Made by a program: the position numbers and the translations under genes. From an uncultured Candidatus Saccharibacteria bacterium (GTDB taxonomy: Bacteria > Patescibacteriota > Minisyncoccia > Portnoybacterales > UBA2143), in the NCBI GenBank assembly GCA_964403725.1, contig CAYOHI010000003.1, forward strand, positions 14,374 to 78,373: DNA of 64,000 nucleotides, written 5' to 3'. Below the pieces are notes generated by a model that was not told the origin of the DNA, made no database searches, and saw only the letters and a list, made by a program, of their open reading frames with translations. Of this stretch, positions 56,130 to 64,000 are shown in pieces (within the stretch, counting starts at the first letter, position 1; each line of letters begins with the position of its first letter).

Positions 56130-56813
56130 CTACTTAATATCTGATTTTTTAATCTCTTCTAAAGTTTCTTTTACTTTCTTATCTTTACAGCCAAGCTTAA
56201 TAGCCATTTCTAAAGAAGATTTAGCATCAATGTAGTTGTGCTGTTTGAAGTAAAGCAATCCTAGGAATTTGTATGCCGTAATATTTTTAGGATCTTCAAC
56301 TATTAAATCAATCCATTTCTGTTCTTCTTTGATCGGCTTTTTCAATTCGCTGATTGGCAACTCATCATCATCTTCAATAGTTTCTTGCTTGATTTCTTCT
56401 TTCTTTTCTTCCTTGTTAATCTTAACAAAAACTGGCTCATCTGTCTCTTTTTTGCCCTCCTTAGACTTATTCCTTTTCTCTTCTCTTTGCCTGATCCATT
56501 CTTTGGATTTCTGAGTCATAATCTGGGAACGGTTTCTCAGAAAAACAATACACTTACTAAGCAAGTTCTCTATCTTGAGAAAAACTATCTTTATCTTCCT
56601 TAAAAGCTTTTCTAGAGCAATTATGAAATTAAGCCAGTGCTGCTTGTAATCAACTTCTCTAATCTTTTGAACAATACCCTTTTTTCTACTTAAAATAGAT
56701 ATCTCCTCATCTGAGAGACGAGCTAATGCTGGAATCTTGTGATAGACAATGACTGCTAAGCCAATTATACTAGAGGCTATCAAGAAATATAGGATAATGT
56801 TTAGATTAGACAT
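56130..56813 (-). CDS. Membrane-anchored protein with C-terminal TPR
   Basis: N-terminal TM; DPKNITAYKFLGLLYFKQHNYIDA. Confidence 0.7.
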   Translation of the reverse strand: MSNLNIILYFLIASSIIGLAVIVYHKIPALARLSDEEISILSRKKGIVQKIREVDYKQHWLNFIIALEKLLRKIKIVFLKIENLLSKCIVFLRNRSQIMTQKSKEWIRQREEKRNKSKEGKKETDEPVFVKINKEEKKEEIKQETIEDDDELPISELKKPIKEEQKWIDLIVEDPKNITAYKFLGLLYFKQHNYIDAKSSLEMAIKLGCKDKKVKETLEEIKKSDIK

Positions 56814-56815
56814 CT

Positions 56816-57265
56816 TTATATCGCTATTCGAGAAAACTTGCCTATTTTAATATTCTCCCCTAGTTTGCCAACTAATTCTTTGACCAAGCCATCAACAGTC
56901 TTTTCCGGGTCCTTGATGAAAGGCTGTTCAGCTAATTCTTTTTCATCTTTTGGATCCATAGCTGCAATATGCATGGCAATATCATGGGCTAAAGATTTAA
57001 ATTCTTCATTTTTAGCAACAAAGTCAGTTTCGCAGTTCAGTTCAAAAAGAACACCAACTTTGCCATTGTTATGAATATATGGCTCGATTGTTCCTTGCTT
57101 AGCTTCCCTATCTGATTTTTTAAGAGCTTTTTCTGCTCCTTTTGCTTCTAGAACTTTAATAGCTTTTTTTTCGTCTCCTTCAGCTTCCTCCAGGGCTTTC
57201 TTGCATTCCATGATTGAGAAGCCTGTCTTCTGACGAAATTCTTTGATTTGGTCCATTGAAATCAT
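56816..57265 (-). CDS. tsf: Elongation factor Ts (very short form)
   Basis: FRQKTG..IMECKKAL, ELNCETDFVA, GENIKI; follows rpsB. Confidence 0.95.
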   Translation of the reverse strand: MISMDQIKEFRQKTGFSIMECKKALEEAEGDEKKAIKVLEAKGAEKALKKSDREAKQGTIEPYIHNNGKVGVLFELNCETDFVAKNEEFKSLAHDIAMHIAAMDPKDEKELAEQPFIKDPEKTVDGLVKELVGKLGENIKIGKFSRIAI

Positions 57266-57275
57266 AGTTTTCTCC

Positions 57276-58028
57276 CTATTTATTAATTACTTTGACAATT
57301 GATCCCAAAATTAGCTTTAATGCAGAGATTGCATCATCGTTAGTTGGAATAGGATAATCAATAATAGTCGGATCAGCATTAGTATCGCATAGGCCAACAA
57401 CTGGAATATTCTTCATTTTGGCTTCTTTAACAGCTGCTTTTTCTTTGTGTGTGTCAATGACAAATATTGCATCTGGTAATTTAGTCATTTCCTTGATTCC
57501 GCCAAACTGTCTGTTCAGTTTCTGTATTTCAATATTGAAATCATGCTGTTCCTTCTTAGTATATTTCTTCAATTCGCCAGATTTTTGCTTTTCTTCCAGA
57601 TCTCGGATATGCTCCAGTCTTTTAGAGATAACTTTGAAATTTGTCAAAGTACCGCCAATCCATCTTTCTGTGACATAGAACATCTTAGTCTCTTCTGCTG
57701 TTTCTTTGACAATTTCCTTAGCTGCCACTTTTGTGCCGACAAAGATAATCTTGCCTTTTTTCTGTACAACCTCATAAAGAAATTCCAAGGCTTTTTTGAA
57801 TTTTTCCTCAGTTTTCTCCAAATCAAGAATATGCACATTATTACGCGTAGTATGGATATATTCCTTCATTTTGGCATTCCATTTGGATGTGCGATGACCA
57901 AAATGAACCCCGGCCTTCAGCATCTCTTCAAGGCTTGGAGTTATCTTATCTAACTTAGATTGACTAATCTTTTTGATTTTGACAACCTTTTCTTCTTTTT
58001 GTTTTTTTGTCTTTTTTTCTTCAGCCAT
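57276..58028 (-). CDS. rpsB: 30S ribosomal protein S2
   Basis: AGVHFGH, FVGTK, RWIGGTLTN, DTNADP. Confidence 0.98.
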   Translation of the reverse strand: MAEEKKTKKQKEEKVVKIKKISQSKLDKITPSLEEMLKAGVHFGHRTSKWNAKMKEYIHTTRNNVHILDLEKTEEKFKKALEFLYEVVQKKGKIIFVGTKVAAKEIVKETAEETKMFYVTERWIGGTLTNFKVISKRLEHIRDLEEKQKSGELKKYTKKEQHDFNIEIQKLNRQFGGIKEMTKLPDAIFVIDTHKEKAAVKEAKMKNIPVVGLCDTNADPTIIDYPIPTNDDAISALKLILGSIVKVINK

Positions 58029-58154
58029 AATTTAAAAACCAAAGATGTGTAACTACATCCTTGTTGCTTTACTTTGAATTAAGATTAGTATATCATATTG
58101 TAAAATTAAATCAAGAGTATTGCCATAATTAATTCAATCTGCTATTATAAAACC

Positions 58155-58421
58155 ATGAAAAAAGACATTCATCCAAAATATTTTAAAAAAGCTAAAGCTA
58201 AATGCGCCTGTGGCGCCACTTTTGATATTGGCTCAACCAAAGAAAATACAGAAGTGGAAATCTGTTCTCAGTGTCATCCTTTCTACACTGGCAAAGAAAA
58301 AATCATTGAAACTGGCCAAGTAGAGAAATTCAGAGCTAGATTAGCTAAAAAGCAGGAAAACAAGCCTAAAAAAGAAAAGCGAAAAAAGATAAAGGCAAAA
58401 AAGAAGAAGAAAAATGAGTAA
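58155..58421 (+). CDS. rpmE: 50S ribosomal protein L31 (zinc-binding type)
   Basis: [23 protein letters not shown]. Confidence 0.97.
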   Translation: MKKDIHPKYFKKAKAKCACGATFDIGSTKENTEVEICSQCHPFYTGKEKIIETGQVEKFRARLAKKQENKPKKEKRKKIKAKKKKKNE

Positions 58422-59148
58422 AGCTATCATTATTGAAATACGAGCTGGTGCTGGTGGTGACGAAGCAGCACTTTTTGCCGCTGATCTTTTCAGAATGTAT
58501 TCCCGCTTTGCCGAAAAAAACGACTGGAAAACTTCTTTGATTAACAGCAATCAAATCGGCATTGGCGGATACAAGGAATTAATCTTTGAAATTAAAGGTG
58601 AAGACGCCTTTGAAAAGCTTCAATATGAAGGTGGTGTTCATCGTGTCCAAAGAATCCCATCAACTGAAAAATCTGGGAGAATCCACACTTCTACTGTTTC
58701 AGTTGCCATCATGCCCCAGGCCACTGAAACTGAAGTTAAAATCAATCCATCAGAAATCAGAATTGATGTCCTGCGAGCTTCTGGTCCTGGAGGCCAGCAT
58801 GTTAACAAAACTGAATCAGCTGTCCGAATCACTCACCTAGCTACTGGTATAATGGTCACTTGTCAGGAAGAAAGGCATCAAATACAAAATAGAGAACGAG
58901 CCATGAATGTACTACGAGCTCGTTTACTTGATAGAAAAAGAAAAGAAGAGCTTACTGCCAGAGGTGATGAAAGAAAAAACCAGATTGGAACTGCTGATCG
59001 GAGTGAAAAAATTAGGACTTACAATTACCCTCAAAACAGGATTACTGATCACCGTATCAAAAAATCCTGGCATAATTTGGAAAAAATCATGGATGGCGAC
59101 CTAAAACCCATCCTCAAAGCTTTTAATAAATTAAAAAAGAAAAGGTAA
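58414..59148 (+). CDS. prfA: Peptide chain release factor 1 lacking the N-terminal domain
   Basis: [20 protein letters not shown] (PxT), [18 protein letters not shown]. Confidence 0.9.
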   Translation: MSKAIIIEIRAGAGGDEAALFAADLFRMYSRFAEKNDWKTSLINSNQIGIGGYKELIFEIKGEDAFEKLQYEGGVHRVQRIPSTEKSGRIHTSTVSVAIMPQATETEVKINPSEIRIDVLRASGPGGQHVNKTESAVRITHLATGIMVTCQEERHQIQNRERAMNVLRARLLDRKRKEELTARGDERKNQIGTADRSEKIRTYNYPQNRITDHRIKKSWHNLEKIMDGDLKPILKAFNKLKKKR

Positions 59149-59149
59149 C

Positions 59150-60127
59150 ATGAAAAAAAGAATCTTTAGCGGCATTCAGCCAACCGGTTCAATCCATATC
59201 GGCAATTATCTAGGTGCCATAAAGAACTGGGTTGAACTCCAGGAGGAATATGATTCAATTTTCTGTGTGGTTGATCTGCACGCTTTAACTAATCCTGAAG
59301 CTTCCAAAGGATTACAGAAGAATATCTATGATTTAGCTACTGATTTAATGGCATCCGGGCTAGATCCTAAAAAATGCACTCTTTTTGTCCAATCGCACGT
59401 TCCAGAACATACTGAACTGACTTGGCTTTTAAATACTATTACTCCTATCGCTGAATTAGAAAGGATGACCCAATTCAAAGACAAGGCTAAGCAGTTTAAA
59501 AATAGTATTAATATGGGATTGTTTGGCTATCCTGTCCTAATGGCTGCTGATATTCTAATTTACCAGACAAATACTGTACCAGTTGGCGAAGACCAGAAAC
59601 AACACGTTGAATTAGCCAGAATTATTTCCAGGAAATTCAATAACCAATTTGGAGAAATGTTTACCGTTCCTGAATCATTAGTTTACAAAAGCGGAGCTAG
59701 AATAATGTCTCTAGCTGATCCATCTAAGAAGATGTCTAAAAGCGTTCCTCAAGGATGTTTAGAAATGAATGATTCCCCTAGTGTTATTGAAGAAAAGATT
59801 AAAAAAGCAGTAACTGATTCAGAGCAAGGCATTGAATACAATCCCAAAAAACCAGCTATCGCTAACTTAATGACAATCTATTCAATTTTCTCAAAGCTAT
59901 CATTTGATGAGATTGAAAAGAAATACAAGGATAAAGGATATGCTGAATTCAAGAAAGATTTGGCAGATGTAGTAATTAAAGGATTAAAACCATTCCAAGA
60001 CAAGAAAAAGGAATTAGATAAGAATCCTGATTATGTTAAGAAATCACTGGCAGATGGAGCCAAAAAAGTCCAGAAAATTGCTCAAAAGAATCTATTGGAA
60101 GCAAAAAAGAAAATGGGCCTTGTATAG
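59150..60127 (+). CDS. trpS: Tryptophan--tRNA ligase
   Basis: SGIQPTG.IHIGNY, YPVLMAADI, PVGEDQ.QH, KMSKS. Confidence 0.98.
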   Translation: MKKRIFSGIQPTGSIHIGNYLGAIKNWVELQEEYDSIFCVVDLHALTNPEASKGLQKNIYDLATDLMASGLDPKKCTLFVQSHVPEHTELTWLLNTITPIAELERMTQFKDKAKQFKNSINMGLFGYPVLMAADILIYQTNTVPVGEDQKQHVELARIISRKFNNQFGEMFTVPESLVYKSGARIMSLADPSKKMSKSVPQGCLEMNDSPSVIEEKIKKAVTDSEQGIEYNPKKPAIANLMTIYSIFSKLSFDEIEKKYKDKGYAEFKKDLADVVIKGLKPFQDKKKELDKNPDYVKKSLADGAKKVQKIAQKNLLEAKKKMGLV

Positions 60128-60145
60128 CCCACTTGAATATCTATT

Positions 60146-60172
60146 AAAAACTACCCTCCGGGGTAGTTTTTT
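60146..60172. terminator. Bidirectional terminator
   Basis: AAAAACTACCC-TCCG-GGGTAGTTTTT. Confidence 0.75.
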
Positions 60173-60956
60173 ATTTTCTTTCTCTAAAATATTCCAACAG
60201 AAACTTAGCTAATAGTTCCCCACCAAGTTCATCTTCCTTATGATCAACAAAATATTCTGCCTCTACTCTTTTAGGATCAACTGTTACTCCCTTGCCCACT
60301 TGAAGCATTTCTGCATCATTATAGTTATTCCCTGTGGTCATAATCTGTTTTGGATCAATTTTTAGCTGCTTGGCTAAGTTTTCAATAGCTACTCCCTTAG
60401 ACATTATTTTACTACCAATATCATATCCTTCATTAGTCCATAGACAATACAATTCATCTTTCCCAATATCTTTGACCAAATTTGGAATCTCTTCCATTTC
60501 TTCACAATGGACTGTTAAAAGAAGAAGTTTTGGTTCAAATCCCCTAATTCTTTTATCAGTTTTTTTCATTTCCCTTATTTTAATCTTTAAATCTCTTAAT
60601 TTATTAAAATATTCATTATTATAAACAGGATGAGTTATTTTGTTATCCAACAAGGTAATATTTCCATTCTCAGCTTGAAGAATAGTATTTTCATCAAAAA
60701 TCTGATTAGTCAGAGTTTTTAAGTATAGAATATTCCTACCTGATGAAAAATTCAATCTGACATGTTTTTCTAATTCTTTTAAATTATCAATGAATTCATC
60801 TGATAGTTTTTTTGATTCCATATATAGATCAATACTATCTTCATCTATAGTTTCTTTAACTATTGTCCCCGTATGAGCAATAACGCCATCAATATCAAAA
60901 GTAATAACCTTAATATTGTCTAATTCCTCTTTTGTAATTTCTTTAATATTTTTCAT
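60171..60956 (-). CDS. HAD-superfamily (IIB/Cof-like) hydrolase
   Basis: FDIDGV, SSGR, AENG, SKG, GNNYND; start ATG 60956. Confidence 0.8.
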   Translation of the reverse strand: MKNIKEITKEELDNIKVITFDIDGVIAHTGTIVKETIDEDSIDLYMESKKLSDEFIDNLKELEKHVRLNFSSGRNILYLKTLTNQIFDENTILQAENGNITLLDNKITHPVYNNEYFNKLRDLKIKIREMKKTDKRIRGFEPKLLLLTVHCEEMEEIPNLVKDIGKDELYCLWTNEGYDIGSKIMSKGVAIENLAKQLKIDPKQIMTTGNNYNDAEMLQVGKGVTVDPKRVEAEYFVDHKEDELGGELLAKFLLEYFRERK

Positions 60957-60986
60957 ATTTACATTATACCAAAATCTCAAGGATTG

Positions 60987-61023
60987 AAAAAGGACCGTCG
61001 CTTTGACGCGCATCGGTCCTTTT
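60987..61023 (-). terminator. Intrinsic terminator
   Basis: AAAAGGACCG...CGGTCCTTTT. Confidence 0.7.
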
Positions 61024-61058
61024 CGTTTGTATAGCCATTCCTAGGCCTCCTTTTCTTC

Positions 61059-61169
61059 TCATTGAGTTTGTGTTTCTTCTTTCCGTTTACGATGAACAAG
61101 GTCATAGACCAGGACGTAAACGGAAAGCGCGAAAGTCAGCAGCCATAATGCGCTGATGAGCAGTTCCAT
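61059..61169 (-). CDS. 36-aa single-TM small protein
   Basis: MELLISALWLLTFALSVYVLVYDLVHRKRKEETQTQ; SD GGGGTG; TTGACA-N17-TATGAT promoter upstream. Confidence 0.55.
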   Translation of the reverse strand: MELLISALWLLTFALSVYVLVYDLVHRKRKEETQTQ

Positions 61170-61264
61170 TTCTTCACCCCCTTCTGCAAAGAATTATCTA
61201 TATCATACATCATAAAGTATGTTTTGTCAATCATAAACAAGAAAAACCTGACAGATTTTTCTTG

Positions 61265-61669
61265 TCAGGCTTCTTTCCTCATTTCCACCTCCCTTTTCAC
61301 GAAAATATGGGCTTCGATGATATCAATGATATCCTGGAAGCATCCTTCCAGAATCGCCTTCATATCCACATATCTCACTCCATTATTGTACTCTTCCTTC
61401 CAATCAGCTCCAAATTTCAATAATGTAGGATCGCTCTCCCCGTTTATCATATATACATCAATCATGTGCTGACCGGGCTTGAAGTTATAGAAGCCATCAA
61501 GAGTTGCCTTAACGCCGATAGCGACGAAGAAATTGTCGCTCCCTTCAGGATTGAAATCAAATAGTCTTTGATAAAAATCCCTTAATCTTGTATTTTTTAC
61601 GGCTTTTATTTCTTCCTGGTCGACATATCCATCTATCAGATATCCCCTATTTCTTTTTTTGATTTTCAC
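61265..61669 (-). CDS. Hypothetical protein
   Basis: SD AAGGAGG plus GTG; hairpin at the 3' end. Confidence 0.55.
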   Translation of the reverse strand: MKIKKRNRGYLIDGYVDQEEIKAVKNTRLRDFYQRLFDFNPEGSDNFFVAIGVKATLDGFYNFKPGQHMIDVYMINGESDPTLLKFGADWKEEYNNGVRYVDMKAILEGCFQDIIDIIEAHIFVKREVEMRKEA

Positions 61670-61692
61670 ATTGTCCTCCTTATAAAAAGGTG

Positions 61693-62928
61693 CTATCCAA
61701 AAACCAAAAAATCTGGTTTAAATATCATTAATAATCCTAGTAGGATAATTAACAATCCCCCAATCAATGTGCTCCATTTTGTATATTTATCAGTAAACCC
61801 TATTTTCTTCAAAGTTACAAGAGCAATAGCAAAAACTATCATATCATCCAGCATGAAAATGACTGTGTATAGCAGGAGGTATAGGTAATAGCTAAGCGGG
61901 CTCAAATTACTCAAAGACAAGACTTTTGCATAAATAGCCGGCAGACCGGCTGAGCAGAAGAACTCAACTAAATTAACAGCAAAAGCCAGAACTATTATGC
62001 CTAAGATAGATAAGATCATAACTGGGTTGTTAACAATCTTTTCAGCTTGATTCTGCAAACCACTCTTGATCTTAGATCCATCAGGCGCTATCTCGCAAAC
62101 CCCAGGCTTGAAAGTAATGAATTTCTTGATTTGCCATATTCCAAAAAACAAAGCTGCCCCACCGATAAGATACCTGGTCAATTTAACATAGCTGATAGCT
62201 AAGAATAGATTCAGCCAAGCTGATAAAAGCAAGAAATATACGATTCCAGAAACTAGAATAAAGGTACCGGCAATCAGCCAGATTTTCTTGCGTGATTGAA
62301 TATTAATCAACATAGCCAGAAGGAAAAACAAAATCCACATAGCGCATGGATTAAATCCATCAAGCGTAGCCAAGGCGATTGTCAAAACAGGCAAGGATAA
62401 TTTTGAAATATTTAATTCTCCGATAAATGGGTATGAAATGATTTCATCCTCTTGACTATTAGCCTGACAAGTACAAGTTTGGCAATGACACAACTCCCCT
62501 TGTTCACCTTCGCATTGGCATAACTCACATTCATCCATTTTATCTAAAGGATCAGGACACTCGTTTTCCAAACACTCATCAATCCTGTTCTCAATAGCCC
62601 TGCCCGTTATCTGATCACTCATATATCCCCTGATCGCCTCTTGGCCGATAAAAATAGCCGGTACTCTGGCTATTTGCTTCTCATCACAGGCTTCTAGAAA
62701 TTTTAAAAGCAGATCTGCATTTTCTTTGTTATCAAAAACCTCATAGGAAATGATTTCCAACTGAGGATATTTCTCTTCCATCTGTTCTAGGAAGGCAGAT
62801 GCTTTCTTGCAATGAGGACAGCCATCGCCATAGAAATAGTGGAGCTTTACTTTGTCTTCAGCCAATGCAAAATTAGCTATGCCTAAGAAAACAAATAATA
62901 TTAGAAGTATGATAATTAATTTCTTCAT
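61693..62928 (-). CDS. Thioredoxin/glutaredoxin fused to a CcdA/DsbD-like membrane domain
   Basis: Signal peptide, CPHC, VP.IFIG; DGFNPCA, VEFFCSAGLP; Cys-rich linker. Confidence 0.85.
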   Translation of the reverse strand: MKKLIIILLILFVFLGIANFALAEDKVKLHYFYGDGCPHCKKASAFLEQMEEKYPQLEIISYEVFDNKENADLLLKFLEACDEKQIARVPAIFIGQEAIRGYMSDQITGRAIENRIDECLENECPDPLDKMDECELCQCEGEQGELCHCQTCTCQANSQEDEIISYPFIGELNISKLSLPVLTIALATLDGFNPCAMWILFFLLAMLINIQSRKKIWLIAGTFILVSGIVYFLLLSAWLNLFLAISYVKLTRYLIGGAALFFGIWQIKKFITFKPGVCEIAPDGSKIKSGLQNQAEKIVNNPVMILSILGIIVLAFAVNLVEFFCSAGLPAIYAKVLSLSNLSPLSYYLYLLLYTVIFMLDDMIVFAIALVTLKKIGFTDKYTKWSTLIGGLLIILLGLLMIFKPDFLVFG

Positions 62929-64000
62929 TCTATTATCCCCCCTCCTAAACAGCTGTCACCCTGATAAAAGACAGCCCATTGTCCAGGTGTTACTGCCTTT
63001 TGCGGCTTTTCAAAAACTAATTTCAATTTTTTTCCTTTTGGCGGATAAATCTTAGCCGTAGCCAGTTTCTGATGATATCTGGTTTTTGCTTCAACCTCAA
63101 TTACTTTTTTAGGATTCTGACCGGAAACAAATTGGAAATCAGTAATATTGATTTCGCTTGTGTAAAGCGCAGAATCATTTTCATCATTAGTTACGACTAA
63201 ATGATTCTTTTCTTTGTCTAATTTAATCACCCACCAAGGACCGTCTGGCAGGCCAACTCCTTTTCTCTGGCCGATAGTATAGAAATGAAGTCCCTGGTGC
63301 TGACCCAAGACTTTTCCTTTCTTATTAACAATATCACCCGGTTCAAAGCCAATTTCTTCTTCTAAATATGATCCAATCGATTGTTTGGCTACAAAGCATA
63401 AATCCTGGCTTTGCTTTATCTTGCTAAAAAACTGAAATCCTTCCTTCTGGGCAATCTTATATACATTTTCCTTGTTATAGCTCCCTAATGGGAAAATTAT
63501 CTTACTCAGCTGGTTTTGCTTTAAAAGACACAGGAAATATGACTGGTCTTTTCTTTCATCCTTGCCTTTTAATAATTCAAATTTCTTAGTATCTTTGTTT
63601 TTAAAAACTCTGGCATAATGCCCAGTGGCTACATATTTAGCTCCTTTTTTCTTAGCAAAATCAAATAGTTTGTTAAATTTAACCATCTTGTTGCATACCA
63701 AGCATGGATTAGGCGTTTTCTTATCCTTTAAGACTTTTAAGAAATATCCAATAACCTTATCTTTAAAGTCCAATTCATGGTCTATGATATGGTATGGCAC
63801 ATTCAATTCCTTGCAGATATTCTTGGCAATATTAAAAGAAGCTTCAGAACAGCAGACATTTTCCTTTAAAATATTCTTTCTGTTTTCCCAAACTGAATAT
63901 TTTAAGGAAACGCCAATCGGCTCATATCCTTGTTTTTTGAGCAATAATAAAGAAACGGAGGAATCAACTCCGCCTGAAAGACCCACTACTACTTTCCTAT
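62925..64000 (-). CDS. mnmA: tRNA-specific 2-thiouridylase (start beyond window)
   Basis: SGGVDS, TPNPCLVCN, ATGHYA, KDQSYFL, SQDLCF, TIGQRKG, TPGQ. Confidence 0.96.
   Translation of the reverse strand, partial: RKVVVGLSGGVDSSVSLLLLKKQGYEPIGVSLKYSVWENRKNILKENVCCSEASFNIAKNICKELNVPYHIIDHELDFKDKVIGYFLKVLKDKKTPNPCLVCNKMVKFNKLFDFAKKKGAKYVATGHYARVFKNKDTKKFELLKGKDERKDQSYFLCLLKQNQLSKIIFPLGSYNKENVYKIAQKEGFQFFSKIKQSQDLCFVAKQSIGSYLEEEIGFEPGDIVNKKGKVLGQHQGLHFYTIGQRKGVGLPDGPWWVIKLDKEKNHLVVTNDENDSALYTSEINITDFQFVSGQNPKKVIEVEAKTRYHQKLATAKIYPPKGKKLKLVFEKPQKAVTPGQWAVFYQGDSCLGGGIIE

Noticed and set aside
58155-58421. Frameshift fusion of rpmE supplying the missing RF1 N-terminus
   Set aside because: The L31 tail is a short Lys-rich stretch with no similarity to RF1 domain 1; the overlap fits ordinary translational coupling.
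109-63055. Many short antisense or nested ORFs in the ORF track (e.g. 109..312, 19667..19996, 30812..31348, 37626..38114)
   Set aside because: They are shadows of well-supported genes on the other strand or frame, with no motifs.
1-64000. CRISPR array, rRNA, IS/transposase, prophage structural genes, alternative genetic code
   Set aside because: No regularly spaced repeats or such genes were seen. TGA terminates intact genes, consistent with code 11.

Overview
A 64-kb AT-rich bacterial chromosome segment, with most genes on the minus strand. Gene content points to a CPR/Patescibacteria (Parcubacteria-like) genome using code 11. Indicators are a monoderm/archaeal-type DnaK, DUF4012/DUF5671/DUF5654-like proteins, shortened EF-Ts and RF1, a reduced dcw cluster and many apparently leaderless genes. 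Core genes: aspS (partial), dnaJ, dnaK-hsp20-grpE, corA-cysS-dnaB, recR, rplU, rmuC, Ca-ATPase/CaCA, lgt, mraZ-rsmH-ftsL-ftsI-murF, rplJL, mltG, pcm, rpmG, tsf, rpsB, rpmE-prfA-trpS and mnmA (partial). There is also a glycan cluster, a HigBA toxin-antitoxin pair, a CsoR-led copper operon and six tRNA genes. The most striking region is 53.4-56.1 kb, a tRNA operon (Thr-UGU, Tyr, Thr-GGU, rpmG, Trp). Its tRNA-Thr(GGU) is split by a compact ORF-less 207-nt group I intron. Its spacers hold two free-standing homing-endonuclease-like genes (LAGLIDADG-like, and Zn-finger/NUMOD3/PD-(D/E)xK) butted against the tRNAs. A second notable region is a GC-richer four-gene envelope island at 13.4-17.9 kb (two lipoproteins, a LysM membrane protein and a probable beta-barrel) with two copies of a boxA+hairpin, nut-like leader. 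All family assignments come from motif recognition by eye; no database searches were run.
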